NCBI GenBank assembly: GCA_963575745.1
Contig: CAUYUJ010000281.1
Location: 62,001 to 126,000, forward strand
Direction of reading: 5' to 3'
DNA from: Prorocentrum cordatum
Taxonomy: Eukaryota
Length of the DNA stretch: 64,000 bases
The notes below the pieces were generated by a model. That model searched no databases. It saw only the letters and a list, made by a program, of their open reading frames with translations, and had not been told where the DNA came from. Made by a program: the position numbers and the translations under genes. This document shows positions 1 through 13,837 of the stretch, piece after piece (the stretch's first letter is position 1; each line of letters begins with the position of its first letter).

Positions 1-1380
1 GAGCTGTCCAATCCGCGAGGGCTTCCCAGGGCCTCTCAGAAACTCGCAGGGGTTCCCCAAAGCTCCGCTGGCCGCTCAATGCCTCCGGAAGCTATGCACA
101 ACTCGCCGAGGCCTGCCCAGACTCCGCAATGCCTCTTAGGACTTCTCGATGCCTGGGGCCCGGGGGTCGGCGGCAAATAGCCCCTTCAGGAACTGCTCAT
201 AACTGCTCCCCGCAGCCGCCAGAAGCCCCGTTGGAGCCTCGGGGGAGCCCCAGGGCGCCCCTCACGGTGACCCCAGAAGACCCGCATATGCAGCAAAGCC
301 AAGGGCGCCAAAACAGCAAGCAAGCAAAGGCCCCGACACCCTTACCCCCTTCCAGAAAAAAACAGCAAGCAAGCAGACGCAGGGCCAGACCCTTGCACCT
401 GACAGCCGGAGTCGCCTCCCTGATATTTCACCCCGCTCCTGGTCGTGGACGGTATTCGGCTACCTCCCCGCTTGCCGCTCCCAGGCCGATTACCAGTCTC
501 AGGAGAAAGCATATTTTCCCACATTCCTGCGGCTGTTAGCTGCACCCACCTGGCAGTCTCATGCGGCGCAATCGCTGGCTTCTTCCCACTCCCCGCGGCT
601 GTTAGCTGCACCCCCCCAGTGGGCTGCAGGTCTCAGGCGATGCAATCCCCCATCGCCCTGAGGCTGCTAGCCCGGGGGGCCTGGGCTGGTCACCCGAACC
701 GTCTTGGCAGGCGCGGCGCGCACTCCCAGGGCCGCGCCGTTACCCGTTCTCCACCCAGCTGGCCCGGGCTGTTCCTCGTCGGCACTGGCTTGTGCATTCA
801 CCTTCGCCCCTCGGTGCTTTTCGAGTCCAGGCAACTGTCCGCTGCCTCTTCGGTCGGGTTCCCTCCCTCTTGCTCCCCCTGGGGCTCGGGGAATGTGACG
901 ACCTTGCTCTTCGACCGCGCTGGCCCTGGAGATGGCCTGATGGATTGTTGGCTGCAAGTGCCCCACGCTACCGCCCTCGCTACCTGTGGTCAACTCCGTG
1001 GTCTCCTCGTGTCTCGGGACATCCCATCTGAGTGCACTGGTTCGGGCATGTTGGGATTTATTACAAGTACAAGCAGTTCGGCAAGGTGCGGTCGTCTACT
1101 ACTTGGTCTGAGTTCGAGCTGCGGCTTAGCATTTTGTCTTTCTGTCTTGTCTTCCTCTCTCTCTCTCTCTCTCTCTCTGCTCCGCTGCCGCTTCCGCTTC
1201 TTCTGTTCGTCGTCCACCCATGTCTCGCCTCGCTCTCTTCCCGTGTCTCTTTGATTGTTTTCTCCTCCGCCGCGTAGATCTCGCCACCGTTGTGACCCTT
1301 TTCCGCTTGTCGCCTGTTAGACTCGCTTTACGACTTCCTGACGGTGCGTGGTTGGTTCCGCGACACTCGCGATCAAAAAA

Positions 1381-2673
<1,293 letters not shown>

Positions 2674-2984
2674 CAAGGGGTCGGGCCGACCTCTATGGCA
2701 CTGAGCTGGAACAGCCGTGTGGCAACACGACCGAAGAGCGAAGCGAGGCAAGGGGACCGAAGAGCGAGGCTAGGGACGGCAGGCAGACATGAGTATCGTT
2801 TAACCGATCCCCATCCCCAGCGGCGTGGCCTGGGCCCCACTGGCCGATGTGCCCCCCTAGAAGGGGTAGGCTGTTCCCTTCAGGTTTCGATGGGTGTATC
2901 CCCAACGGGGGGGGGTAATTTGGTGGGGGTCTCGAAGGGGATGGGGATCGGGAGAAGACAGTGACCACAAGGGGCCTCCGCGGG

Positions 2985-3137
2985 TAGGGGGCCACATGTG
3001 AACCCTACCCCTACCCCCCACGATTTCTGAGGGGAGGGCGGGGTTCACTTCGCTCGGGAGCTCCCGAACGAAGTGAACCCCACCCTCCCCCTCGGAAATC
3101 GTGGGGGGTAGGGGTAGGGTTCACATGTGGCCCCCTA
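2985..3137. repeat. Loop-less foldback palindrome (~153 bp)
   Basis: Arms of ~76 bp, tagggggccacatgtgaacccta... / ...tagggttcacatgtggcccccta, centred on gggag|ctccc at 3060/3061. Confidence 0.92.
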
Positions 3138-3417
3138 GCGGGGCTCCGCGAGAGAGCGTGCGCCAAGCTCGTGCCGTGACGGCCACGGCATCGGCTCCGG
3201 ACTCCGCGCGGATCCCTCCGCCTCGAAGGCTCCGCGGCTCTCCGACCGCCAGGTCGTTCCCTGCGGGCCGTGCCGTGAGGGCCACGGCATCGGCTCCAGA
3301 CTCCGCGCGGATCCTTCCGCCTCGAAGGCTCCGCGGCTCTGCGACCGCCAGATCTCGGGGGCGACGATGGGGGGCGAATAGCCCGGGGGCGGGCACGACA
3401 CGCATTCGCCTGGGAGC

Positions 3418-3465
3418 CTTCCCGAAGACACGGATCATCGGCGCACCCGAATGTGCTGCTCTCCC
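3418..3465 (-). CDS. Possible further host exon (G-ESSTFGCADDPCLRE)
   Basis: ccag acceptor, AG|GC donor and correct phase, but no motif support. Confidence 0.3.
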
Positions 3466-4344
3466 CTGGGCTAATTATTCGCCCCGGATCGTCGCCTCCG
3501 ATGCTTGCTCCCTGCTGGCCGATGCGCCAGAATGGCGGCTGACGCGCTCTTGGGGGCGCCCCCCCCCGGAGCCCGACGGGCGGGCCCACTGCGGGCTGCA
3601 CTCCGCGCTGGGGGCGCGCGGGAATGAGCGGGGAAACGCGCTGGGCGCGCCCCTCCTGGGACCACGCGCGAGGAGGAGGAGGAGGAGGAGGAGGAGGAGG
3701 AGGAGGGATGAGGAGAGGAGGAGGAGGAGGGGTGAGGAGAGGATGCGGAGGAGGGGGGGAGGGGATAGAGGAGGAGGGAGCAGGAGGAGAGGAGGAGGAG
3801 GATGCGGGGAGGAGGGGGGAGGGAGGAGGGAGGAGGGGGAGGGAGAGGGGAGGAGGAGGAGGGCTGAGGAGAGGAGGAAAGGGGGAGGAGGAGGAGGAGG
3901 AAGAGGAGGAGGAGGAGGAGGAGGAGTGGAGTGGGCCTCTGGCGGCGCTCGGCGCCGAGCGCCCCGCGGCGGGCGCAGGGCCGTGGCCGCGCCGGCACGG
4001 CGCGAGCACGCCGCGGGCCGATGAGCGCTCTCGGGCCCCGCTCGATCGCCGCAGTGCCCCTGGCGCCCCGCGGCGGGGAGCCCCGGGCGAGGAGAGTGCG
4101 TGCGCGTGTGGCTTGTGTGTGTGTGTGTGTTGTGCGTGTGCGTGTGTGTGTGTGTGTGTGCGTGTGTGTGTGTGTGTGTGTGTTGTGCGCGTGTGTGTGT
4201 TGTGCGTGTGTGTGTGTGTGTGTGTTGTGCGTGTGTGTGTGTGTGTGTGCGTGTGTGTGTGTGTGTGGTGCGTGTGTGTGTGTGTTGTGCGTGCGTGTGT
4301 GTGTGTGTGTGCGTGCGTGCTGCGTGCGTGCGTGCGTGTGTGTG

Positions 4345-4376
<32 letters not shown>

Positions 4377-4852
4377 TGCGTGTGTGTGTGTTGTGCGTGT
4401 GTGTGGTATGTGTGTGTGTGTGCGTGTGTTGTGTGCGCCGTGTGTGCGCGCGCGTGTGTGCGGTGCGTGTGTCCCGGGCGGGGGGCGCGCGGCGAGCAGG
4501 CCGCGAGGGTGCCCCGTCCGGAGTTGGCGCGGCGCCGGAGGCCTCGGGCCAGCCTCGCCCCCCCCCCCCCACGCGTCCCTCCCTCGCCGCCTCGCCCTGG
4601 CTCCCTCGCCTGCCTCCCTCCTCCCCCCCCTCCGTCCTCCCTCCCCCTCCTCCTCCTCCCTCCTCTCCTCCCCCTCCTCCCCCTCCTCCCTCCTCCCTCC
4701 TCCCTCCCCCTCCTCCCCCTCCTCCCTCCTCCCTTCTCCCCACCCCATCCATCCCTCCCTCTCCGAGGGCCTCCCCGAGGCATCGTGTCGCCGCGACGTC
4801 GGTCCCAGGCGGGGCCCCGTGCCCCGACCACGGCGGCGGCTGGGCGGGTGGC

Positions 4853-4914
4853 CGATGCCAAAGTACCAGAACATGGAGCCCAGGATGAAGAACGAGACGA
4901 ATCCGAAGAAGGCA
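4853..4914 (-). CDS. Host gene exon I, transmembrane segment (C-AFFGFVSFFILGSMFWYFGI-G)
   Basis: ccccag acceptor, G|GC donor, 62 nt, hydrophobic helix with GC3-rich codons. Confidence 0.7.
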
Positions 4915-5437
4915 CTGGGGATGGAGCGGACGATAGAGCGTGCCGGCAGGGAGAGCGCGCTCGAAGCGGGGAGGGAGGGGAGGGGAGGGGAAGGGAGAGG
5001 GAGGGGATGGGGGAGGAAGGAGGAGGGTGGAGGAGGGAAGGGCAAGGAGGAGGGAGGAATGAGGGAGAATGCTTGGAGAAACATACCCTGTGGTTGCACC
5101 GATGCAGAGTAGCCACAAGGGCAACATTAGCCCCCGCTTTGGCGAACCCTCGGCCGGTGTGACGCGCTCTTGCTCACGTCTTGCTTGCGCCACGCATAAG
5201 GCTCCCACGCCTGCTACAAGTTACACTGAGCGATAATACAATCGCAACCTTGGAAATCGCCGCGAAACAGATTGGATAACGAAACGCGTGCAAAAAACGT
5301 TTGAATTTTAAACGCACTTTAAGCAAGAACGAGCAGCACCACGGAAGCACAACGAAGAACAACACGAGGGCCCAAACCTAACTGAACATCGTGGTGGTCG
5401 GTCCCTGGAGAGTATCGAGGGGCGGCGGCGAATGAAC

Positions 5438-5462
5438 CACGAGCACATTGTGAGGGAGATAA
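5438..5462 (-). CDS. Host gene micro-exon H (V-ISLTMCS-C), tentative
   Basis: Pyrimidine tract plus ttag acceptor, G|GT donor, 25 nt, phase 1 to phase 2. Confidence 0.5.
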
Positions 5463-7192
5463 CTAAGGGAAAAAGGAACAGGAGGAGACCGCGAGGACGG
5501 AGGCGCGAGGTGGGCAGGCGCCCCCCTGGGCCCGCTCGGGGGGGGGGGGGGGCCGCCGCGGAACCCGGGAAGGTGAAGGTGGGGCAGGCGCTCCTGTCGA
5601 GGTGGCGCGGGATCTGGGCGTGAAGGTGGTGGAGGTGGAGGGGGCGAAAGAGGAGGGGCGAGGGCAAGTGAGGGAGAGGACACGGTGGAACGGAAGAGAG
5701 GGGAGGAAGCGGTGGCAGGGAAGGGGGGGGAGGAATCGGTGGCAGAGAAGGGGAAGGAAGCGGTGGCAGGGGAGGGAGAAGGAGTGGTGGAAGGGAGGGG
5801 AAACGGTGGCACGGAGGGAGGGGAGGAGGGCAGCGCGAGGCAAGAAGCCACGCGGTCGCGCGGATGAGGGGGGAAGGCGTGGGAGAACGGAGCAAGAGAG
5901 GGGAGGGGGGGGCAGAGCGACAGGGCAAAGCGAGGCAGAGGAGGGGACATAAGGGGAGAGGCAGGGTGGGCGACCGCACGTCGGAGACGCTCCGGAAACC
6001 GGAAACGCTCTTTGTGCTGCTCGTCGCGCTCGCTGCAGCCTCTGCGGCACCGCCTTGACTGCTTCAAGGAACGCTTTAGGGCCCTGCGCCGCCAAAGGCG
6101 TCGCGCAAAACAATGCCCTGGAATCCCGCAAGAACCCCCCGCAGAAAGTCCGGGAGGAGGAGGAGGGAGGAGGTGGGAAGGGTGAGGAGGAGTAGAGGAG
6201 GGAAGAGGACGGAAGAGAGGAGAGGAGAGGAGGAGGAGGAGGAGGAGGAGGAGGAGAGCAGGCGTGGCACCGGAGCATCCCCAGAGAGGAGCCGCCAGCA
6301 GTGGGGGCACGTGGCCGTTCGCGCCCCGCACTGTGGGGGCTGCCTCGGGCGGCTTGCCCGTCCGATTGGAGGTCTGTCCTCTCGGGGCCCCGACGTTCGC
6401 CGCGATGCCGCAGGCGCGGCACTCGGGAGGAGGAGGAGGAGGAGGAGGAGGAGGAGGAGGAGGAGGAGGAGGAGGGAGGAGGAGGAGGAGGAGGAGGAGG
6501 AGGAGGAGGGAGGAGGAGGAGGAGGAGGGAGGAGCCGCCAGGGGCGGGACATCTGCCCGCACGTGCGCGCCCAGATGGTGGGGATGTCTCGGGTGGGCGG
6601 TCCCAGATTCGGCGTCTCGACGTCGGGCGGAAGGGGGGCGGGGGGGGTTCGCCTCCGGACCTCTGCCTGGTGCAGCTGTTTGCGGCAGGGCGCAACCTAT
6701 GGAGGAGGCTCCGCATGCTCGAAACGGGCGCCCAAAACAGCCAAGATCCACTCCACGGAGAGGGGGGGGAGAGAGGGGGGGCGCGAGGGCCCGCGCAGAT
6801 CGGCCAAGCGTTAGGTCGGGCCTGTCCCCCTGCAAGGGATTGTGGACGAAAAATAAAGAGATAGCCAACCAATACCCACAAGATGCCCAACAATGTTCAA
6901 AGCATAGTCCCCGCCCTATTTTTGGACCACTCTTGGAGATTCCCCCTCTGCAGAGGGACGGGCCCGACTTCAGCCAAGCGAGGCATCAAACAAAAAAACG
7001 CCCACCAGGCGGATGGCCCGCTTGGCTGCCTGGGCTTCTCCCCTCTCCGAGCCCCCGGGGCCCGGCGGCGGCCTCGCCGGTGGGGTGCGAAGGGCGAGGG
7101 GGGCGGCCCTCCGAAGAAGACCGGCGGGGGCCTCTGCGGAGTGGTCGCAGCCTCCAACCGCAGTCGTGCACGCACTCCTGCATACGCAGAAA

Positions 7193-7346
7193 GCATCTAT
7201 ACACCACCACCCACCACCGTGCCAGGCCAGGGCCATCCTGGGCCCGAGGATGGTGTGTACGCCCTCCTGGCCGAGCCAGGAGGGTCTATGCACCATCCTA
7301 CGGCCCAGGATGGCCCTGGCCTGGCACGGTGGTGGTGTATAGATGC
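7193..7346. repeat. Foldback hairpin (~154 bp)
   Basis: gcatctatacaccacc..gtgccaggccagggccatcctgggcc pairs with ggcccaggatggccctggcctggcac..ggtggtgtatagatgc. Confidence 0.88.
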
Positions 7347-8482
7347 CTCCGTCGGATCCTGCGCAGCGTCCAACACACCAGTTCACTTGCAGCCGAAACT
7401 GGCGCCGAGAATCTCAGAGTTAGAGTTGCCTCCAGGAGGCCTGCTGCGGGACACAATATGTGTGTCTCGCTTCTCTGGAAGGCTCGAAGGCGGCGTCTGC
7501 GCGGCCCCACTCGCGGGCGGGGCTCCTTCGAAGCGCCCACGGGGGAAAAAGCCAACAGAGCCGATGTCTTGATCTCTCCGGCGCCAGGCTTCCGAAGCCC
7601 CGGCCCGTTCCCGAGGCTGGGCGCCTCGTCCCGAGCCGTCCTCCTCGCTCTCGAGCGCCCCCGGCCTTCGGACGCCCTAGGAGGCCGCAGGAGGGCCTCG
7701 CGAGGCCCCGGAAAGACCCCAGGAAACCCCAGGAGGCCACAATATGGGCGCCCAGAGGTCCCCGAGTGCCGCAGGAGGAGCGGTGGTCAGTCGCGCGGGA
7801 GGGAGGGGGAGGAGCAGCAGCAGGAGGAGGCAGAGGAGGAGGCAGAAGAGGAGGAGGAGGAGGAGGAGGAGGAGGAGGAGGAAAGAGAAGAGTCGCGAGG
7901 ACGAGGAGGAGGAAAAGGAGGAGGTGCATGACGAGCAGGCAGCCGATGGGGAGGAGAGGAGGCGGAGTAGGAGGACGGATGGACGGCGGGACGGAGGGAA
8001 GGAGAGACATGGAGAACGCGGAGAAGAGGAGGAGGAGGAGGAGCAGCAGAGGGACGGGGAAAATGATGAGGAGTCAGAGTCAGAGTCAGAGTCAGAGTCA
8101 GAGGAGGAGGAGGAGGAGGGTGATGCCAATGAGACGGATGAAGGGAGCAGGAGGCAGGAGTGGGAGGAACGTCACAAGGACGAGGAGGGTAAAGAGGAAC
8201 GACACATTAGCAGAAAGGCCACCTCCATCGACTTCAGGGGCTCAGACATCCTACGTCATGCATTTTTCAGCCTCAGCGTGTTTCTTTACGTTTGGCTTCT
8301 GGGCATGGTTTCCGGACCCACCGGCGAGAAGACGCGAGAGGAGGAGGGGACACCTCGACGCCTCAAAAATAATTTGCGTCCAATGCTTTTCCACTCCCGT
8401 GAGAGGCGTAGAGAGCGAGCGAGACGGAAGAACATGCAAGTAGCTATCAGCATGTCCTCCTGACAATTCGCGCAAGCGGAAC

Positions 8483-8510
8483 CAGCTGCAGCCGTGCTGA
8501 TCCTCTGCTC
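8483..8510 (-). CDS. Host gene micro-exon G (EQRISTAAA-V), tentative
   Basis: ttcag acceptor, G|GT donor, 28 nt. Supplies the phase 0 to phase 1 bridge required. Confidence 0.5.
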
Positions 8511-10008
8511 CTGAACTCGCACGTCGCACACTGTCTCTCCGCTTCCTCGATGACAAACCACTTCCTCTCTTATGTGAAGGGGCCCTGGGACACAAATAAA
8601 TACACACACCATAATTTCCTATATTTTCTGGGGAATCGACGATTCATTGCGCCTGTGTGTTTTTTCCCTCCTGATTATGACCTGTCTGCATCCCTTCCGC
8701 TACGATGCACCTCCCTGAGCGCCTGCTGCCTGCTCAACACTGGCTGCTGCGAATACTCAAACCCTCCGGAGAGAAAGCAAGCACTCCTTAAGAGCACAAA
8801 AGTCAGCGCCCCCAGCAGTATCTCGAACCTGTGCCGCATCGAACAGAAAGAAGAGAACGACCCGGCGACGATGGAAAAGAAAGAACGCAGCCCGAAACAA
8901 TGGAGCCAGAGACCGGCAGCACGATTAGCAAAGCAACCGCAGCAGCAGCGGCAGCAGCAGCGTGTGCGGGCCTGGTCGCAGCAGCAGGTGCGGCAGCCAG
9001 CAGCTGTAGCAACAACAAGCCTCGCAGCTCTGCAGCTTGCTGGACTCACACAAGAAGTCAGCACATAGACAACTTTCGGCAACCCATCCGCCTTCCTCCT
9101 CTCCCTACTCCTGTCCCCTCCTCTGGCGTGTATCGAGCCTCTGGCATCTCCACATCTGCCTGATCGAAAGCCTCCCAATATGATGCCTGTACATCGATCG
9201 ATGTTACTGGTTGGGGCAGAGCTGGGGGAATCACAGTGGCAGCGGTGACAGGAGAACACGAGGAGATCAAAGGCGCTGAGGGAACAATAGACACGAAAAC
9301 CATTCAACAAATCTTCCGTGCGTATGTATGTCTATCGACATGCCGAGATGTGCCACAACAGTAACGATCGATTGATTCATTGGTGAATGTTGAGATCGTC
9401 ACTGTTAAGATTTCAACATCGACTGTATTGAGATGCGCTTGAGACAAACACGCACACGCGCATAGCCCCCACCCACACACACATACACGCGTGCTTCTGC
9501 CTACGTACCTGGCGAGGTGGTATGACCGTAAGACTCGGTGAAAATGGCAGATCCGATGAGTAATAATAATATTAGTAATAATCGTAGTAGTAATAATAGC
9601 AATGAGAAGAAGACAACAAGGAGATCCACAAAACCGTTCCCGTGAGATATCATTGGCACGCCTGACATTGATGCGAGCTGAGCGACATCTGCGAGTCCTG
9701 CTCGACGCAAGAGCTCTGTCCAATCTGTTCGTTCGGAGACGCGTTGGCAATGTCAACAAGGCCGTGCGCGGCGACAGCAAAACCGACAATTTACCGAACC
9801 GACAGCGAAACCGAAACCGGCCGAAACCGACATGACGAAATCAGCCTAGAAGGGCGCAACGACGCTGTAACGACACAATAACCGACCGAACCTAACCGAC
9901 CGAACGCATCCGACTGCGACGCAACCGAACCGACCGAACCAACAACACCCTTGGTCAACTATGCGGACGTAAGCCGTCTGCGAACGCGGCTGCCCAGCAA
10001 AACTAGGC

Positions 10009-10058
10009 CGCTGACTCGACAGCAGGGACATCGCTCACCCAGCGGACGTACATGGCGC
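10009..10058 (-). CDS. Host gene micro-exon F (G-AMYVRWVSDVPAVESA)
   Basis: aag acceptor, G|GC donor, 50 nt. Confidence 0.78.
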
Positions 10059-10109
10059 CTTCAAGCCCGCTCTTTCTGCGGGAAGCAGCCTACGCTACTG
10101 CTACATCGT

Positions 10110-10670
10110 CCCTCCCTCTCTCTCTCTCCCTCTCTTGCTCTCCCGCTCTTTGTTATGTTCTCTCTCTATGTATACATATATAATATCACGTTCTCTCTCT
10201 CTCTTCCTCTCTCTCTCTCTCTTTATCCCTGTCTCTCTATTTCCATCTCCCGTTCACCTTCTCTCTCTCTCTGTCTCTTTATTTCCTTCTCTCTCTCTCT
10301 CTCAGTCTTCATCCCCCTCTCTCTTCTCTCACTGTCGCTCTACATATATCTATCTCTTTCTCGCTCTATCGCTCTCTCTCTCTCTTCTTTTCTGCTCTAA
10401 TCTCTCTCTCCCTCCCTCTCTCTCTCTCACGTCGCCCCGACCTCAGGCTTGATCGCTCTACTGCTGTTGCAAATCGTGCAAGCATCTCCACTCCCGCTCC
10501 ATCTTCTCCGTCTCCTCCCTTCCCCCATCCGTCTCCTGGCCCACCCCTTCCCCCTCTCGACTCAACTATTAGAATGCTCTCTTCATCTCTCTCTCTCTCT
10601 CTCCTCCTCTCTCTCTCTCTCGCTCTCGCGCTATCTCTCTCTCTCTCTCTCGCTGACCCTCTCTCTCTCT
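10110..10670. repeat. Degenerate (CT)n tract
   Basis: Direct inspection; (GA)n tracts also at ~34300-34415 and 35170-35300. Confidence 0.9.
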
Positions 10671-10874
10671 GCCTTGTGTCCTTTTCCGCCCTCAACGTCA
10701 GTATTCAACCACATCGAAACAACAAAGCATACGCCTGCGTTAGCTCAACTCCCGATTCCCTTCCGCCCGCGAGCCCGAGGTCGCGCCCGGGCGCTGCCGT
10801 GGGAGAAGCAGCTCCAAGTCGGGGGCACTGCTCGCCCCCCGAGGGCTTCGCAGCGGTGGCGCAGCAAGGAAATA

Positions 10875-11047
10875 CAGTCAACCCGTAGCATAAGGATGCG
10901 CGATAAGGATGCAAGGGCCTTGGAAGGTCATTCCGAAGCTTCTCGAGCGGAGCGCGCCAACGAAAGTGGCCAGGGACGGGCCGGGGAGGCAAGGATGCAG
11001 GGGTACCCTCAGGAAGGGTGCCCGTCCTTGACTGCGTGGGTTGACTG
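10875..11047. mobile_element. MITE family E (TIR CAGTCAACCC); other copies at 12981-13141 and 39621-39792
   Basis: TA-cagtcaaccc...gggttgactg with repeated aaggatgc motifs shared by three copies. Confidence 0.75.
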
Positions 11048-11496
11048 CAGCACGCCCTGCGAACAGGAGGGAAGGGAGGGTTAGTCGGGGGCTCGCAAAC
11101 AAGGATTAGCGATCCATGGACTTGGCGTGCAGTCGCCAAATCCATGGATTGGGGGAGGCGTCCTCCCCAAGATGCGGCTGGTGCCGCCTCGCTCGGCGGC
11201 GGAAATCCGCGATTTCCCATGGAAGCGGGGCCCGTCGCTGATCCACGCCCCCTTGATCCACGTTTGCGATCGCCTGGGTTAGGGACGACAGCGGGGGCCA
11301 AGCAGCTGCAGGAGATGAGAGCGGGATGCTCAGCAAGGCTGAACCTAAATGGTGCTTTTCGTTCTCGTGTTGCTTTCGCTTTCCCTCGTTTTGTCTTCAA
11401 CCCGCCTTTCACGCAAAACGAAATCGAAACAAAAACGGCCCACGAAGTCGCCAAAACACCGTTGAGGTCCACCCCTGATGCTCAGCCGTTCTTCTT

Positions 11497-11750
11497 GGAG
11501 GCCTGGAAATGGGCACCAACACCAACACAGGGGCGCAATACGCAGGGGCGCAATACGCAAACAAAACACCAACACAGGGGGCTGCCTCCACGGGGGGAAG
11601 ATGATCCTAGATTTCGGTGGTGGTGGTGGCAATATTTCGGTCACCTTGGAAGCCAGAATATCATCACCATCACCGAGATCGGGATCTTCATCCCTCGGTG
11701 GAGGCACACCGCCGATGTTGGTGTTGGCGTCAACCTCTAGGCCTCCGACT
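11497..11750. mobile_element. MITE-like family F; second copy at ~51788-51990
   Basis: Imperfect inverted ends ggaggcctgg..ccaacaccaaca / tgttggtgttgg..ctaggcctcc; shared core atcaccgagatcgggatc. Confidence 0.65.
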
Positions 11751-12296
11751 TAACGCAAAACGAAATCGAAACGAAAGCTGCCCACGAAATCGCCAAAACA
11801 CCGTCGAGGTCCACCCCTGATGCTCATTACCAGCCTCGAACGCACCCCTATCCCTAAGATCGACACGCCAGAAGGCGATGACAGTCTTAGGGATCCGCCC
11901 TCAAAAAATAGGGGAATCCCGAAGATTGGCATCGTGATGAGGAGGTGCCCAGCATAGGGATTGGGATATGTTCCAGGCTGGTAATGGATGGTCTCATTTC
12001 TTTCAAGGCTGTACCTCCTCCTCCTCCTTTTCTGATCCTCGCCTTCCCCTCAAGGCTGTGTACCTCCTCCGCCTCCTCCTCCTGGCTCTTCCTCTGGATG
12101 GTCTCATTTCCTTCAAGGCTGTACCTCAGCTGGTAAGCTCAGCCGTTCTGCCGCGGCGCATGCCGCGGGAGCTCTCCGCGGCGGGCACGGCGCCGAGATC
12201 CCACCGCCCGTGCAGCCAGCCCGTGGACGGCCCGCGCAGAGGCCGTCCTTGAGGCCGGGCGTGCCCCCCTGCAGAGGGGGGTTCGGACGAACCATA

Positions 12297-12462
12297 CAGT
12301 CGGGGCGTCGACCTAAGGAGCCCTAAATAAGGAACGAGGCCCCTTTTTCCCATCAGTTCAACCTCGATTTTCCATGGAAAACCTCAGGAAAACCTTTGAA
12401 ACAATCAAGGAGCACCGAGCCCCTCCCCAACGAAAAGGGTTCCTTCTTCAGCGCCCCGACAG
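12297..12462. mobile_element. MITE family A copy 1 (TIR CAGTCGGGGCG, TA flanks; Tc1/mariner-like)
   Basis: TA-CAGTCGGGGCG...CGCCCCGACAG-TA; five similar copies in the window. Confidence 0.8.
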
Positions 12463-12533
12463 TACAACATACTCCAGCAAATAATCAAACATTGTTGAAA
12501 CATCATCCCCAGGGGGGGTTCGGACGAAACATA

Positions 12534-12709
12534 CAGTCGGGGCGTTGACCTAAGGAGCCCTAAATAAGGAGCGAGGCCCCTTTTTTCAATAAGTTGAACT
12601 TCGATTCCCCATCGAATACCCAAGGACAACCTGAGGCAAGCTGCGAAACAATTAAGGAACACGGAGCCCCTCCCCAGCGAAACGGATTCCTTGTTTAGCG
12701 CCCCGACTG
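12534..12709. mobile_element. MITE family A copy 2
   Basis: TA-CAGTCGGGGCG...CGCCCCGACTG-TA; shares its flanks with copy 1. Confidence 0.85.
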
Positions 12710-13662
12710 TACAACATACTCCAGCAAATGATCAAACATAGTTGAAACATCGTCCCCAGACTTTAACAAGCAACATGCTTCTGAAGATTCCTCCTGTAGG
12801 GGGACACGCCCGACTTAAGACCATCCGGGCACCGCATCCAGCGCTCAGGGCCAGATCGTCTCTGCGATACCTCGCGCACCTCATGGATCTGCTTGTGAGC
12901 GCCAGCACCGCCATGCCACACACAGCCTGGAGGGCTGCAAGCGTCTTCGGCGTTTCCCAACTAGGAGTGAGGGGGTCTTACAGTCAACCCGTATAGCAAG
13001 GATGCGCGATGAGGATGCAAGGGCCCTGGGCGCCCATTTCGAAGCTTTTCGAGCGGAGACGGCCAACGAGGATGGACCGACGAGGCAAGGATGCAAGGCT
13101 GCCCTTGGGAAGGCTGCCCATCCTTGCTACTGTGCGGGCTGAGGGTGCTGATCACCCTGCGTCGGCCGCAGAAGACGTGCCCTGGGACGGTGCCCCTCCC
13201 GCGCGCATCTCTCCCGCGAGCCTCCGTTGGACTTCCCGTGCGCGCCCGCGCGCTCGCGGCGCACAGCGCACGCCCAGCGTCTAGCTGCCAGGGAGCCTCG
13301 CGCCAGGCGTGCCCCCTCGCGGGGCGGCAGCCGCCGCGAGGCCAGCGTCGCTGGCGGGCGGGTCTCTCTGGGCGAGCCCGAGCGCTCGCGGCGCAAAGCG
13401 CGTCGGCAGCACTCGTGTCGAGAAGCTTGCAGTGGATTTCGCTCCAAGCGTGGGAGGAGGAGGAGGAGGAGGAGGAGGAGGAGGAGGAGGAGGAGGAGGA
13501 TGGAGGAGGAGGAGGAGGAGGAGGAGGAGGAGGAGGCCGCTCGCTCCTGGCGACCCTATGCTGGGGCGACAGGTGGAGCTCTACCATGGGGCACGGTCCG
13601 CGTGGGTGGCGTGCCAAGTGGGGCGGGGCAACGCCATGCAGACCTTCCCGCTGGGTGCCGTA

Positions 13663-13837
13663 CAGTCGGGGCGTTGACCTAAGGAACCCTAAATAAGGAA
13701 CGAGGCCCCTTTTTCCATAAGTTAACCTTCGACTTCCGATCGAAAACCTAAGGAAAACCTGAGGCAAGCTGCGAAACACTTCAGGAACACCGAGCCCCTC
13801 CCCAACGAAAAAGGTTCCTTCTCCAGGGCCCCGACTG
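13663..13837. mobile_element. MITE family A copy 3
   Basis: Same TIRs, TA on both sides; interrupts a degenerate tandem repeat. Confidence 0.85.

Noticed and set aside
8550..9840. Lower-GC segment with short ORFs (similar one at 33240-34290)
   Set aside because: No recognisable motifs or consistent frame; left unannotated.
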